Source: an uncultured Verrucomicrobiae bacterium
GTDB lineage: Bacteria; Verrucomicrobiota; Verrucomicrobiia; Chthoniobacterales; Chthoniobacteraceae
Assembly: GCA_963828525.1 (NCBI GenBank)
Contig: CAWHEP010000008.1
Coordinates: 320,001 to 384,000, forward strand
Reading direction: 5' to 3'
Length of the DNA: 64,000 nucleotides
Shown piece by piece: positions 34,690 to 46,183 of this stretch. Both the position numbers and the translations under genes were made by a program. Each line of letters begins with the position of its first letter. Position 1 is the first letter of the stretch. The notes under the pieces are model-generated. The model made no database searches. It worked only from the letters and a program-made list of their open reading frames with translations, and was not told the DNA's origin.

Positions 34690-35008
34690 CAAGCCGCCCA
34701 TCCCGAGAAGCGGAAACCCAAGTTTGTCGCGAGAGATCGGCGCCAAGGCCGCGCGTAAGCTCCGGGTGCGCGCGTCGCACGCAGGGCGTCTGGTTTGGGC
34801 TTGGGATGATCGGACTAATCGGTTGGTCGGTGGTCGGTGCCGACCTTGCTCGGCGCGGCCCTCGGCTCTGGCTGGACCAGCACCATCCGGGCAGCATTCC
34901 TGGACGCTGGCGCTGCTGATGCCGGACTGGTCTCGGCTGCTTGAATGCCTGGCACTGGGTCGCCAAGGAGGAAAAGGCGATGCGAGAGAACAGGAGGATG
35001 CAGCATGA
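34682..35008 (+). CDS. atpQ: N-ATPase AtpQ (AtpZ/AtpI family), frameshifted
   Basis: IGAKAARKL, GVWFGLGMIGLIGWSVV and WLDQHHPG..SWTLALL. Confidence 0.75.
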   Translation: MSDKPPIPRSGNPSLSREIGAKAARKLRVRASHAGRLVWAWDDRTNRLVGGRCRPCSARPSALAGPAPSGQHSWTLALLMPDWSRLLECLALGRQGGKGDAREQEDAA

Positions 35009-35301
35009 ATGAAACTTCTGGCTTGCTGCTGGCCTCTGGCGGGCATGGTGCTCGGCGGCATCTTCTTCGGCGGCCTCTGGTGGACGGTGCGCCAGGGCGT
35101 GTCTTCACCGCAGCCCGCGCTCTGGTTCTCGGCAGCTTGCTTGCTGCGGATGGGCGTTGCGCTCTGGTCGGCTTTTATTTCGTCGCGCAGGGCGAATTGG
35201 CGACGGCTGCTGGTCGTGCCTGCTGGGTTTTCATGGCGCGCGTCGCTGTCATGGTCACGCGGCTGAGCCGGTCCACGAAAGGAGGTCATCATGCACCTTA
35301 G
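35005..35301 (+). CDS. atpR: N-ATPase AtpR subunit, frameshifted
   Basis: LAGMVLGGIFFGGLWWTVRQGVSSPQPALWF; lies between atpQ and atpB. Confidence 0.75.
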   Translation: MNETSGLLLASGGHGARRHLLRRPLVDGAPGRVFTAARALVLGSLLAADGRCALVGFYFVAQGELATAAGRACWVFMARVAVMVTRLSRSTKGGHHAP

Positions 35302-36000
35302 TCCTGACGAACTGATTTTCTGGCAGCATGGCTTTTTCAAACTGAACGCCACCATTGTCTTTACGTGGGGCCTGATGCTCGTCCTCGCCGTCGGCTCGAA
35401 GCTGATCACCCGCAGGCTATCCGACGGACCACGAGCGTCTCGCGCTGGCAGAATCTGCTGGAAATCGTGGTGACGGCGATCGAGAAACAAATCAAGAGGT
35501 CGGGCCTCGACCATCCGGAAGAAGTATCTCGGCTTTCTCGGCACGCTCTTCCTCTTCGTCGCGTCGCGGCAGTCTTTGTACGGTGCTTCCCGGTTATCGA
35601 GCCGCCGACCGGCTCGCTCTCCACGACCGCGGCGCTGGCGCTCTGCGTCTTTGTGGCCGTGCCGTTCTTTGGCATCGGGACAAGGCATGCGGCGGATACC
35701 TGAAAACCTATATGGAGCCGACAGTCATCATGCTGCCGTTTAATATCATCAGCGAGCTCTCGCGGACCCTGGCGCTCGCCGTGCGCCTGTTCGGCAACAT
35801 GATGAGCGGCGCGATGATCATCGCGATTTTGCTGACGATCACGCCGTTCATTTTCCCGATCGTGATGACCGCTGCTCGGCCTGCTCACCGGCATGGTGCA
35901 GGCCTATATCTTCAGCATTCTGGCGGCGGTCTATATCGCGGCGGCGACCCGCGGCCGAAAACCCGAGCCGACGCCGGCGCCGGCGTCTCGAAACACGAAC
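35291..36000 (+). CDS. atpB: N-ATPase a subunit, frameshifted (3' end approximate)
   Basis: MHLSPDELIFWQ, PPTGSLSTTAALA, ELSRTLALAVRLFGNMMSG and VQAYIFSILAAVYI. Confidence 0.87.
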
Positions 36001-36023
36001 TACCGAATCGAAGGACAGTATTT

Positions 36024-36305
36024 ATGGATAGCATAACCCTCATCGCCGTCGCCTCCATCGTCACCGCCGGCCTCACCACCGGCATCGGCTGCATGTGCCC
36101 GGCGCTCGGCGAAGGCCGTTCGGTGGCGACCGCGCTTACCGCGCTGGCGCAACAGCCCGACGCCTCCGCTACCATCACGCGCACCCTTTTCGTGGGTCTG
36201 GCCATGATCGAATCGACCGCGATCTATTGTTTCGTGGTCTCGATGATTCTGATCTTTGCCAACCCGTTCTGGAATCACGTCGTCGCCGCCACGGCGGGCA
36301 AGTAG
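36024..36305 (+). CDS. atpE: N-ATPase c subunit with Na+-binding signature
   Basis: PALGEG, AQQPDA and GLAMIESTAIY (ESTxxY). Confidence 0.93.
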   Translation: MDSITLIAVASIVTAGLTTGIGCMCPALGEGRSVATALTALAQQPDASATITRTLFVGLAMIESTAIYCFVVSMILIFANPFWNHVVAATAGK

Positions 36306-36308
36306 CCC

Positions 36309-37094
36309 ATGCTCATCGACTGGTTCACCGTTGGCGCGCAGGCGCTCAACTTTCTCCTCCTCATCTGGTTGATGAAGCGGTATCTCTATAAGCCCATTCT
36401 CCACGCAATCGAGGCCCGGGAAGCGAAGATCGCCGCGGAGTTGGCGGAGGCCGAGACCAAAAAAGCGGAGGCCCAAAAACAGCGCGACGAGTTTCAATAT
36501 AAGAACGAGGAGTTCGACAGAGCAACGCGCGGCGCTCTGAGCAAAGGCGACGGAGGACGCAGGGAAGGAAGGGCGTCGCCTCCTTGAGGAGGCCGCCAGA
36601 GCGGCGGACGCAGTGAGCGCGAAGCGCGCAGGACGCGCTGCGCGAAGACGCGCGGAACTTAAGCTCAGCAATCATCACGCCGGACGCAGCAGGAAGTTTT
36701 GCCATCGCGCGCAAGACACTGGCTGACCTCGCCACCGCCAGTCTCGAAGAGCGCGTGGGCGCCGTCTTCATGCGCCGCTTGCGCGATCATCGACGGCTCC
36801 GCAAAAGCTGGGCTTACCAAGGCGCTCAAGACTGCCTCCGAACCCGCGATGGTGCGCAGCGCGTTTGACTTGCCGGCTGAGCAAAGGGCGGCGATTCAAA
36901 ATGCGCTCAACGAAACATTCTCTGTCGACCTGCACCTGCGCTTCGAAACCGCGCCGGATCTGATCGGCGGGATCGAACTCAGCGCGAACGGACAAAAGGT
37001 CGCGTGGAGCATTTCCGACTATCTCGAAGCTCATGGAGAAAGGCGTCGCCGAGATTCTGGGCCATTCGAAGCGGGACCAGTCACCGCGTCATGA
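36309..37094 (+). CDS. atpF: N-ATPase b subunit with fused delta-like C-terminus, frameshifted
   Basis: MLIDWFTVGAQALNFLLLIWLMKRYLYKPIL and the C-terminal DLIGGIELSANGQKVAWSISDYL. Confidence 0.85.
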
Positions 37095-38653
37095 CCAGCG
37101 CGCCCGAAGACTTGAAGAGCCTCTTCGATCGTGCTTTTCGCGGGCATCGGACAGGCGAGCGCACACTTCGACGCGCCAATGCTCCCGCGTGAAGTCGGCA
37201 CGATCACCAGCATCGCCACCGGCATCGCCAAAGTGTCCGGTCTGCCCGGTGTGGGTTTCGAGGAGTTGGTACAGTTTCCCGGCGGCGTCTTTGGCATCGC
37301 CTTCAATGTCGATGAAGACGAAATCGGTGTCGTCCTGCTCGGCGAGTATTCGCATCTGCACGCCGGCGATGAGGTCGACGCGAACCGGCCGGGTCATGGA
37401 TGTCGCCGTCGGCGACGCTCTCCTGGGCCGTGTGATCGATCCTCTCGGCCGGCCGCTTGATGGCACGGACCGGTGGTCGCGAGCGCGCGCTTGCCCACGG
37501 AGCGCCCGTCCGCTCCCATCATGGATCGCGCGCCCGTGACGGTGCCTCTCCAGACTGGGCTCAAGGTCATTGACGCGCTCATTCCCGTCGGCCGCGGCCA
37601 GCGCGAGCTGATTCTCGGCGACCGGCAAACGGGCAAGACGGCCATCGCGCTCGACACCATCCTGAACCAGCGCGGTCAGAATGTTCTCTGTGTCTATTGC
37701 GCCATCGGCCAGCGCGCCTCGCGCCGTGGCGAAGGCGGTGGCCACTTTGCGGGAGAAGGGCGCGATGGATTACACCGTGGTCGTTGTGAGCGAGGGCAAT
37801 GATCCGCCCGGCCTGGCCTACGTCGCGCCCTACGCCGCCACGAGCATCGCCGAGTACTTCATGGAGGCCGGCCGCGACGTGTTGATCGTTTACGACGATC
37901 TCACTCAGCATGCCCGCGCCTACCGCGAGCTCTCGCTCCTGCTCCGCCGCCCGCCCGGCCGCGAGGCTTTTCCCGGCGACATCTTCTATATTCACTCGCG
38001 GTTGCTGGAGCGGGCGACACATCTGAGCCGGAGCGGGCGGCGGTTCGCTGACGGCGCTGCCGATCATCGAGACCGAGGCGCAGAATATTTCCGCCTACAT
38101 CCCGACCAACCTGATTTCCATCACGGATGGGCAGATCTACCTTTCGCCCTCGCTTTTTGAATTGGGAGTGCTGCCCGCGGTCGATGTCGGCAAATCCGTT
38201 TCGCGCGTCGGCGGAAAGGCGCAGCGCGCGGCTTACCGGGCGGTGGCGGGCGATCTGAAGCTCGCCTACGCGCAGTTCGAGGAACTGGAAACCTTCGCCC
38301 GCTTTGGTGCGCGACTCGACGACGACACGCGCCAGATCATCGAGCACGGGAAACGCATCCGCGCCTGTCTCAAGCAGCCGCAGTTTACGCCCGTCTCCGT
38401 CCCCGCGCAGATTGCCACCCTGCTCGCGTTGACCGCGGAGCTGTTCGACTCGGTGCCGATGGAAAAAATGACGGAGGCGGAGCAAGCCGTGCAGGAGGCG
38501 GCCAGGAAGATTTCCAAGCAAATTGCCACGCGCTTCGAGACAGCCGACAAACTGAGCGACGAAGACCGGCAAGCGATCGTCGAGATTGCGCGCCAGGCCC
38601 TGGTCCCCTTCCAACCGAAACCGACGGCGGCCCAAAGGAACACTCATGAGTGA
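37091..38653 (+). CDS. atpA: N-ATPase alpha subunit, frameshifted
   Basis: [56 protein letters not shown] and [10 protein letters not shown]. Confidence 0.93.
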
Positions 38654-39586
38654 CTCAATCGCCGCTCTGCGCCGCAAGATCAGTAGTGCCGGTGATCTCC
38701 AATCCGTCGTCCGCACGATGAAGGCTTTGGCCGCGTCGAGCATCGGACAATACGAAAAATCGGTGCGCGCCCTGGGCGACTACTATCACACCGTAGAGCT
38801 GGGCTTGGGCGCCTGTCTCCGCCAGACGGCCCCCGCCGGCGCGGTCCCTCTGCCGCCCGCCGAGTCCGACGCCTCTCCAATTGGAGCCATCGTGTTCGGC
38901 TCCGACCAGGGGTTGGTCGGCCAGTTCAATGACATCGTCGCGGACTATGCGATCAAGACGCTGGCCGCGCTGTCGGGCGAAGCGCGCGTCTGGGCCGTGG
39001 GCGAGCGCGTCCACGCCCGCTTGGCGGATGCCGGCCTGTCGATGCTGGGGCTCTTCGCGGTGCCCAATTCTGTGCAGGCCATCGCGCCGCTCGTCGGTCG
39101 AATCCAGATCGAAAGCGAAGCGCGCCGCGTGGATGGTAGCTACGCCGCGTCTATGTTTTCCATAATCGCCCGCGATCCGGGGCGCTGTACGATCCGGTCG
39201 GCCAGCGGTTGTTGCCGTTGGACGCCAAATGGCAGCAAGGTCTGGCCCAAGTCGCCTGGCCGACCAAACTCCCGCCGGAAGTCCTGGGAGGCGGCGCCGC
39301 GACGCTCCGCGCCCTCATTCGTGAATACCTTTTCATCTCGCTCTTCCGGGCCTGCGCCGAATCTCTCGCCAGCGAAAACGCCAGCCGGCTCGCCGCGATG
39401 CAGCGCGCCGACAAGAACATCAACGACCTGCTCGCGACGCTCCAGGGCACCTTCCACCGCCTGCGCCAGACCTCGATCGACGAGGAACTCTTCGACGTGA
39501 TCTCCGGCTACGAAGCCTTGGAAAAGACGGCGGCGCGAGGGGCGAGAAGCAGCTCGGGGGCGGTGGCGAATGAGCGAAGATCATGA
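38646..39586 (+). CDS. atpG: N-ATPase gamma subunit, frameshifted
   Basis: [42 protein letters not shown] and [11 protein letters not shown]. Confidence 0.9.
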
Positions 39587-39848
39587 TCGGAATCTCGCTC
39601 TATCCAGTGCGTTTCGCGCAGATCGTTCAATATCGCGTCTGGGGTGGCCGACGCCTGGCCGACTGGCTCACCGCGCCGCTGCCGGACGACGGACCGATCG
39701 GGGAAGCGGGGCTTCTGGGCGACCGGGCGGATCATGCCAGCCCTGTTGCCATGGCCCTCTCGCGGGGCGGACCATTACGCAACTCATGGCGCAGGCTCCC
39801 GAACTGTTGCCCGGAAAGGCGTGGCGCTTTGCTCGCCTCCAGTTTTGA
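39583..39848 (+). pseudogene. 5' fragment of a type I mannose-6-phosphate isomerase-like gene
   Basis: LYPVRF..IVQYRVWGGRRL..GPIGEA matches the PMI N-terminus; similarity ends at ~39835. Confidence 0.65.
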
Positions 39849-40059
39849 AAAACCCCGGTGCCGGTAGAGACGCGTCGCGGGACTTTAATCTAAAAGTAGA
39901 TTTACGAGATCTAGCGCGAGGTCAACGGGCGCCATCGCGCCGAACACGCGCTGGAATGACGACTATGTAAACAATAATGGACAATAAATTTTAAGATTTT
40001 GTCCTTCAGAGAAAGTTTATCGAATTGCAACCCCAACCGGCTCAGCAACTGGCCCGCCG

Positions 40060-40177
40060 CGCTCCGCAATGTCGTCCGCGACGCCCTCGCAAGCAGCTTG
40101 CGGCGCTCTGCCTCGGCGATCGGTCCCCAAGCTGACTGGTAAGTCTTCCACGTCTTCAGGCATGCTTCGTCATTCAT
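40060..40177 (-). pseudogene. Possible 5' fragment of a SnoaL/NTF2-like protein
   Basis: MNDEACLKTWKTYQSAW..EAERRKLL directly downstream of the SDR gene, then it runs into non-coding AT-rich sequence. Confidence 0.35.
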
Positions 40178-40197
40178 CGCTTTTTCTGCTGGTATGG

Positions 40198-40947
40198 TTA
40201 CATCTTCGCCATCTGCTTGAGCATGAACGCCGGCGCGACCCGGCTCATCAGCTTCAGCACGTTGGCGACGCCGGGGCGGATTTCCAACTTGCCCGCCTCG
40301 ATCCCGGCAATGGCTTTCTTAACCAGCGCGGTCACGTCCATCGGCTTCGGACCCTTCGTCTCCCGCGGCGTCACGCCCCGAAACAGCGCCGTCTCGGTGC
40401 CGGGCGGGGCCAGTTCGACGACCGTTACCCTCGTGTCCCGCAACTGCACGCGCAGCGACTGCGTGTACGAGTGCAAAGCGGCCTTGCTGGCGCAGTAAAC
40501 CGGCGACACGGGCAGGGGAACAAAGGCCAGCCCCGAGGAAACGTTGACGATCAGCGCGCCGGGACGGGTTTTCAGATGCGGCAGGAATTGCTGAATCATC
40601 TGGAGCGGTCCGCGCAGGTTGATGTCGATCTCCCGGGTGACGTCGGCCAGATCGCGCGGCTGGTGGAGGTTCAGGCTGCGCATGATCCCGGCGTTGTTGA
40701 TCAGAGTGTCCAGGGCCGGGAAACGCGCCAGGACCTCCGCATGCAGCGCGGCCACGGCGGCGGGATCGCTGACGTCGCTCTGAAAGGGGTGCGCACCGGG
40801 TAGCGCCTGCCGGCCGGCTTCGAGTTTCTCCGGGTCGCGACCCGTGAGCAGGATCGTGTTGCCGCGCGGCAGGAGCTGCCGGGCGAGTTCCAGGCCGATG
40901 CCGCTGGCCCCGCCGGTGATGAGGATCGTTTTATTCGAGAGTTTCAT
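40198..40947 (-). CDS. Short-chain dehydrogenase/reductase (DltE-like)
   Basis: TGGASGIG, LINNAG, NVSSG and YCASK. Confidence 0.92.
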   Translation of the reverse strand: MKLSNKTILITGGASGIGLELARQLLPRGNTILLTGRDPEKLEAGRQALPGAHPFQSDVSDPAAVAALHAEVLARFPALDTLINNAGIMRSLNLHQPRDLADVTREIDINLRGPLQMIQQFLPHLKTRPGALIVNVSSGLAFVPLPVSPVYCASKAALHSYTQSLRVQLRDTRVTVVELAPPGTETALFRGVTPRETKGPKPMDVTALVKKAIAGIEAGKLEIRPGVANVLKLMSRVAPAFMLKQMAKM

Positions 40948-40985
40948 GGTTCGTGATCGCGTCTGGTGGATGGAGGGACGCGCTT

Positions 40986-41022
40986 ATGTTGCCAGTCGGA
41001 AACAATGTTGTCAAAGGAAACA
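40986..41022. promoter_or_regulatory. Tandem imperfect palindromes ATGTTG-N4/5-GGAAACA, candidate TetR operator
   Basis: Two adjacent copies between the divergent SDR and TetR genes. Confidence 0.5.
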
Positions 41023-41061
41023 TTCGCCGAGCTTCCTCGTCCCTCATGTAAACTGGCGCGC

Positions 41062-41665
41062 ATGGAACCGCGCCCCCGTCCCTACCATCACGGCAACCTG
41101 CGAGAAGCGCTCCTGGATGCCGCGGAGCGCACCGTGGAGGCGGCGGGCGCGGGCCGCCTGACCCTGCGCGAACTCAGCCGGCAGTTGGGCGTCAGCCACA
41201 CCTCGCCGCGCCGCCATTTCGCCGACAAGCAGGCGCTGCTCGATGCCCTCGCGCAACGCGGCTTTGAACGGTTTGGCGTCTTCATGGCCCGCGCGGCCAG
41301 GGACCGTGGCCAGAGTTTCGACGAACGGCTGACCCAACTGGCTCGCGCCCACGTCCGCTTCGCTTTGCAGCATCCGTTTCTTGTTCGGCTTGATGCTGGA
41401 GGCGAAACATCGCCCGGACCCGCCCGCCGGCTTGTTGGAGGCGAGTGAACGAGCCCTCTCGAGCGCCGCGGACATCTTCACCGCCGGCCAGCAGCGGGGC
41501 GAGGTGATTCCCGGCGATCCCGCCCGCATCGGGCTGGTCGCCTTTGCGGCGACGCAGGGACTGATCTCCGTCTCGACCAATGGTAAGTTCAAGAAAATCC
41601 CCCTGGATGCCCTGGTCGGCGAGGTCATCGAACGCCTCATCCTGGGATTACGTCCCCGCCCTTGA
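41062..41665 (+). CDS. TetR/AcrR family regulator, frameshift near 41380
   Basis: YHHGNLREALL...LTLRELSRQLGVSHTSPRRHFADKQALL. Confidence 0.88.
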
Positions 41666-42212
41666 AGATGCCTTCCATGGCACCACTCCGGGGGCGATGG
41701 CACTGCCGGGGCGTTGCGTCGACGGTCCGAGAATGCGCGCCCTTTCGTGGATCGCAGACATCCCAGGAGGCGCTCTGTGCGATCCCCCAAGCGCGCCGTC
41801 GAGCGGTGCCGCTTCGATGGCTTGCAGGCGCTTGCGTTGCTCCGTCCCCCGCTCAATGCCAACAGTGCGATTGCGGCGCGGCCCGCGCGCGCAGGTTGTG
41901 GCCCAAGGGGCCGAGCAGGACGCGGTAGGTGAGCGCGCACCCGGTTGCGGAGTAAGCAGCCGCTACTGCCTTCGCCCCGGCCAAGTGGGTGGTCTTGTCC
42001 AGAAGGTGTCACCGCCCGCAATACCAGCACCAAAAGACGTTATCCAGCAGGTTCAGAAGGCGCGACGCCTTCATCGGGGAAAAGACCCGCGCGGGCGACT
42101 TTCGCGCTGAACCGCCAAGGCCACGCGAATCGACGATTGGAAGCGCGGCCATGATCGTAATTTGCGCTCGCGTGGCGCAGCTCAGGGCGCTATCGTAACG
42201 AGACCCCTCGGG

Positions 42213-44879
42213 ATGATATTTTCAACTTCGCTGTTGGAGGAAGCGGGACGATTGGCGCAAGGCGCGATTGACGCGCTCTCAGCGCAGCTTTGTGTCCTGG
42301 ATGAAGGAGGGACGATCCTCGCGACCAACAAAGCGTGGCGGCGCTTTGCAGAGGCAAATCCGCCCGTGGCGCAGCGATCTGACACGGGAGACAACTATCT
42401 TGTGGTGTGCGACGGCGCGCAGGGAGCCGAACGCGCGGAGGCAGCGGCATTTGCGATGGGCATTCGCGCGGTCGTGAGCGGCGAGCTGACGGAGTTCGCC
42501 CTGGAATATCCCTGCCATTCGCCAACTGAAATGCGTTGGTTTGTGGGCCGGGTCACCCGCTTCGCTGGCGAAGGTCCGATCCGGCTGGTCGTCGCGCATG
42601 AAAATATCACCGCTCGCAAGCTGGCGGAGGAGGCGTCGCAGCGGCTCGCGGCGATCGTCGCTTCGTCAGACGACGCGATCATTGGTAAGGATCTGCGGAG
42701 CATCATCACGAGCTGGAACCAGGGCGCGGAAAGCATCTTCGGCTACACGAGCGACGAGATGGTTGGGACTTCAATCCGGCGGATAATCCCCGCGGACAGG
42801 CAGCAGGAGGAGGACTTCATCATAGGCAAGATCGCGCATGGGGAGAGTGTGGAGCACTTCGAAACGCTACGGCTCACCAAGGATAGGCGTTTGATTGACA
42901 TCTCGCTGACAGCGTCGCCGATCAAAGACACGACGGGGCAGGTGGCGGGCGTTTCAAAAGTGGCGCGTGATATCAGCGCGCGAAAGCGGGTCGAGGAGGA
43001 GTTGCGGCTCTTCCGCAGTCTGGTTGACCAATCGAATGACACGTTTGAAGTCGTCGACCCGGAGACGGGGCGCTTTCTCGACGTAAACGAGAAGGGCGCG
43101 GTGGATCTCCGATGCACGCGCGAGGAGTATCTGGAGCAGCGAGTGACGGATATCAATCCCGAGATGACCGACGCGCTCTGGGCGGACTTTGTGAAGAAGA
43201 TTCGCTCAACCGGCGTCATCACCGGCCGCGGCACCCATCGGCGAAAGGATGGCTCAACCTTCCCCATCGAATTCAGCGCGAAGTGGGTGAGACTGGACCG
43301 GGATTATATCGTGACGGCGGTGCGCGACATCACAGACCGCCTGCGGAGTGAAGAGCGCTTCCGGCGGCTGGTCGATTCCAACGCGCAGGGGGTGATGATC
43401 CGGCGGACGAATGGCGAGATCACGGAAGCCAACGACGCGTTCCTTCAGATGGTAGGTTACACGCGCGAGGAGTTGGAGGCCGGGACGCTGAACTGGATCG
43501 CTTTGACTCCCCCTGAATTCGCCAAGCTCGATCAAAATTGCACCGAAGAGATGAAGACGAAGGGAGCGTGCGTACCCTATGAGAAAGAATATCTGCGCAA
43601 AGATGGCACACGGGTTCCGGTGTTGGAGGGCGCGGCGGCGTTTACAGACAATCCTGACGAGGGAATTTCCTTCGCTCTGGATCTGACGGAGCGCAAGAAG
43701 CTGGAGCAGCAATTCCTCCGCGCCCAGCGGATGGAGGGGATTGGCACCCTGGCCGGCGGCATCGCGCACGATCTGAATAATTCGCTGGGGCCGATTATCA
43801 TGTCCCTCGATTTGCTGAAGATGAAGTTCACCGATCCGGCGAGCCAGGAATTGCTGTCCATCATCGAGATGAGCGCCCAGCGAGGGGCCGACATGGTTCG
43901 GCAGGTTCTCTCGTTTGCCCGCGGCGTGGAGGGACAGCGCATGGAAGTACAGGTCAAACATCTCCTCGGAGACATGACCAAGATCGCCCGAGATACCTTT
44001 CCGAAGGATATCGAGGTGCGGACGATGTATCCGCAAGACCTGTGGAGCGTCATCGGCGACCCCACGCAGCTCCACCAAGTGCTCCTGAACTTATGCGTGA
44101 ATGCCCGGGACGCCATGCCTGCCGGCGGCGTCCTGACTCTCTCCGCGCAAAACATAACGCTTGATGCCCACTATGTGGCCATGAACGCCGAAGCTTCCCC
44201 CGGACCCCATGTTTACCTGCAGGTCGAGGACACTGGATGCGGCATGCCTCCGGAAGTTACCGCAAAAATTTTCGACCCGTTTTTTACGACCAAGGAGATT
44301 GGAAAGGGCACCGGGCTGGGACTCTCCACGTCGATGGGAATCGTCCGCAGTCACGGCGGCTTCATCCGTGTCTACAGCGAACTTGGCAAAGGGACGACGT
44401 TTAAGGTGTACTTGCCAGCAGTGACAGAGAGTTCCCCCGCCGCCGTCGCGCAGGCAACGGAGATGCCGCGCGGAAATGGCGAAGTCATTCTGGTGGTGGA
44501 TGATGAGGCGTCCATACGCGACATAACCCAGCAGACGCTGGAGGCTTTTGGTTACCGCGTCCTCGTGGCTTCAGACGGCGCGGAAGCTGTGGCTGTTTAC
44601 GCCCGCCGAGGGGCGGAGATCGCTGCTGTGCTCACTGACATGATGATGCCGATCATGGACGGGCCGGCAACCATCCGGGCGCTGCGGCGGATGAATCCCG
44701 CGGTGCTTATCGTCGGCGCGAGCGGGCTCTCCGCCAACGGACACGTGACGCAAGCCGCGAATCTGGGGGTGAAACATTTTCTCCCGAAGCCCTACACTGC
44801 CGGAACGCTGTTGAAGGCGCTGAAAGAGGTGCTTTCCCCCGTGCCGCAAGATTCCTCTGGCTTTCACCAAACGACCTGA
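42213..44879 (+). CDS. Hybrid sensor histidine kinase with four PAS domains, HisKA, HATPase and receiver
   Basis: PAS/PAC repeats, GGIAHDLNN, LLNLCVNARDAM, PFFTTKEIGKGTGLGL and VVDDE...TDMMMP. Confidence 0.93.
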   Translation: MIFSTSLLEEAGRLAQGAIDALSAQLCVLDEGGTILATNKAWRRFAEANPPVAQRSDTGDNYLVVCDGAQGAERAEAAAFAMGIRAVVSGELTEFALEYPCHSPTEMRWFVGRVTRFAGEGPIRLVVAHENITARKLAEEASQRLAAIVASSDDAIIGKDLRSIITSWNQGAESIFGYTSDEMVGTSIRRIIPADRQQEEDFIIGKIAHGESVEHFETLRLTKDRRLIDISLTASPIKDTTGQVAGVSKVARDISARKRVEEELRLFRSLVDQSNDTFEVVDPETGRFLDVNEKGAVDLRCTREEYLEQRVTDINPEMTDALWADFVKKIRSTGVITGRGTHRRKDGSTFPIEFSAKWVRLDRDYIVTAVRDITDRLRSEERFRRLVDSNAQGVMIRRTNGEITEANDAFLQMVGYTREELEAGTLNWIALTPPEFAKLDQNCTEEMKTKGACVPYEKEYLRKDGTRVPVLEGAAAFTDNPDEGISFALDLTERKKLEQQFLRAQRMEGIGTLAGGIAHDLNNSLGPIIMSLDLLKMKFTDPASQELLSIIEMSAQRGADMVRQVLSFARGVEGQRMEVQVKHLLGDMTKIARDTFPKDIEVRTMYPQDLWSVIGDPTQLHQVLLNLCVNARDAMPAGGVLTLSAQNITLDAHYVAMNAEASPGPHVYLQVEDTGCGMPPEVTAKIFDPFFTTKEIGKGTGLGLSTSMGIVRSHGGFIRVYSELGKGTTFKVYLPAVTESSPAAVAQATEMPRGNGEVILVVDDEASIRDITQQTLEAFGYRVLVASDGAEAVAVYARRGAEIAAVLTDMMMPIMDGPATIRALRRMNPAVLIVGASGLSANGHVTQAANLGVKHFLPKPYTAGTLLKALKEVLSPVPQDSSGFHQTT

Positions 44880-44921
44880 AGGTGCCGGTTGCGCGGGTGA
44901 TACGCGCGTCTGCGTCAACCT

Positions 44922-45971
44922 CTACTTCCTTCGACCCGGCCACGAGGCTGGCCGCGTCCAGAAGGCGTCGCCGCGCCCGCCGTAGTAGCCCGACAGGACA
45001 TGATCCATAATCACTGAACTGCGCAGCGCGGAGTCACCCGTGCTGGCGCAGATGCCGCGTCCGAGGAGTTCATCGACAATGGTCTGGACGAGAGGCTGAT
45101 GGACGTGCGGCGGGTTGGGCAGGTCAAAGGTTTGCAATCCGCCGCCGGTTTCGAGCTTCACCGGTTCGTTGCCAAAGATGGAGAGGCTGACCCGGCCCGT
45201 TGTTCCAGATAGCTCAAGGACATCATCGTTCAGCGCGCTCGCGAAGTTCCAACTTGCGGCGCCCGGGGCGCCTGACGCGGTTCGGAACGTCATCGCCACG
45301 GTGTCTTCCACATCCATGGGCGTCGCGATATTCGCGGCGGTTCCAGCCACATTGGACACGGGTCCCACAAGCAAATCGAGCAGATCCAGAAGGTGCGAGC
45401 CGAGATCGAGGAAAAGGCCGGCGCCGGCAACTTCCGCGCTCAAGCGCCAGGGCCACGCGCCTTCGCTGGCGGATTGAACAGGACTTGCAAAGCGATAGGA
45501 CACGCCGGTCAGGACGCCGATGGCGTTCGCGGAGAGCAGCTCCTGAACTTTGCGGCATCGGGGCAGTTCACGGCGATAGTACGCGACATACAGCGGCAGG
45601 CCAGCGTCCCGGAAAGCGCGGATCATGACTTCACATTCAGCGGCGTTGCGCGCCATCGGTTTTTCCACGTAGGCAGGTTTGCCGGCAGCGGCGGCGAGCA
45701 AGGCGCACTCAAGGTGGGCGTTGGGCGGGGTGGCGACATAGACGGCGTCCACTTCAGGATCGTTTACGAGCGCCCGGGCGTCGTCATACCACCGGCTGAC
45801 GCCATGGCGTCTGGCGTAATCAGCCGCCAGTGCCCCGTTGCGCCGCATCACCGCCACCAGCTCGGAGCCCACTGCTCGCTGGAAAGCCGGACCGCTCTTG
45901 ATTTCGGTCACGTCGCCGCACCCAATGATTCCCCACCGAACAGCGCCTGTATTGTTGACCGGAGTTTTCAT
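44922..45971 (-). CDS. Gfo/Idh/MocA family oxidoreductase
   Basis: WGIIGCGDV, DAVYVATPP, YVEKPMA and DLGSHLLD. Confidence 0.92.
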   Translation of the reverse strand: MKTPVNNTGAVRWGIIGCGDVTEIKSGPAFQRAVGSELVAVMRRNGALAADYARRHGVSRWYDDARALVNDPEVDAVYVATPPNAHLECALLAAAAGKPAYVEKPMARNAAECEVMIRAFRDAGLPLYVAYYRRELPRCRKVQELLSANAIGVLTGVSYRFASPVQSASEGAWPWRLSAEVAGAGLFLDLGSHLLDLLDLLVGPVSNVAGTAANIATPMDVEDTVAMTFRTASGAPGAASWNFASALNDDVLELSGTTGRVSLSIFGNEPVKLETGGGLQTFDLPNPPHVHQPLVQTIVDELLGRGICASTGDSALRSSVIMDHVLSGYYGGRGDAFWTRPASWPGRRK

Positions 45972-46183
45972 TGAATCCGAGAAGGGGTAACAGCCTTCCA
46001 AAGGCAATGCTGCTTCATTTGGTGGCTGATGTTCGCCTGAGTCTTGACGTTTGTCCGGCCAAAAATTCCGCGACTTCCTGAGCGGGATACGGCCAATGAT
46101 GTTTAAACACCCGAAAACTAATCGTCATGCGGCGTCTCTGAACAGGAGCGCGCGCACTTAAACTCTAACAATCCAAACTCGCC

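Noticed and set aside
41666..42200. Possible gene or structured RNA between tetR and the hybrid kinase
   Set aside because: No convincing ORF, motif or repeat; possibly a decayed gene that I cannot identify.
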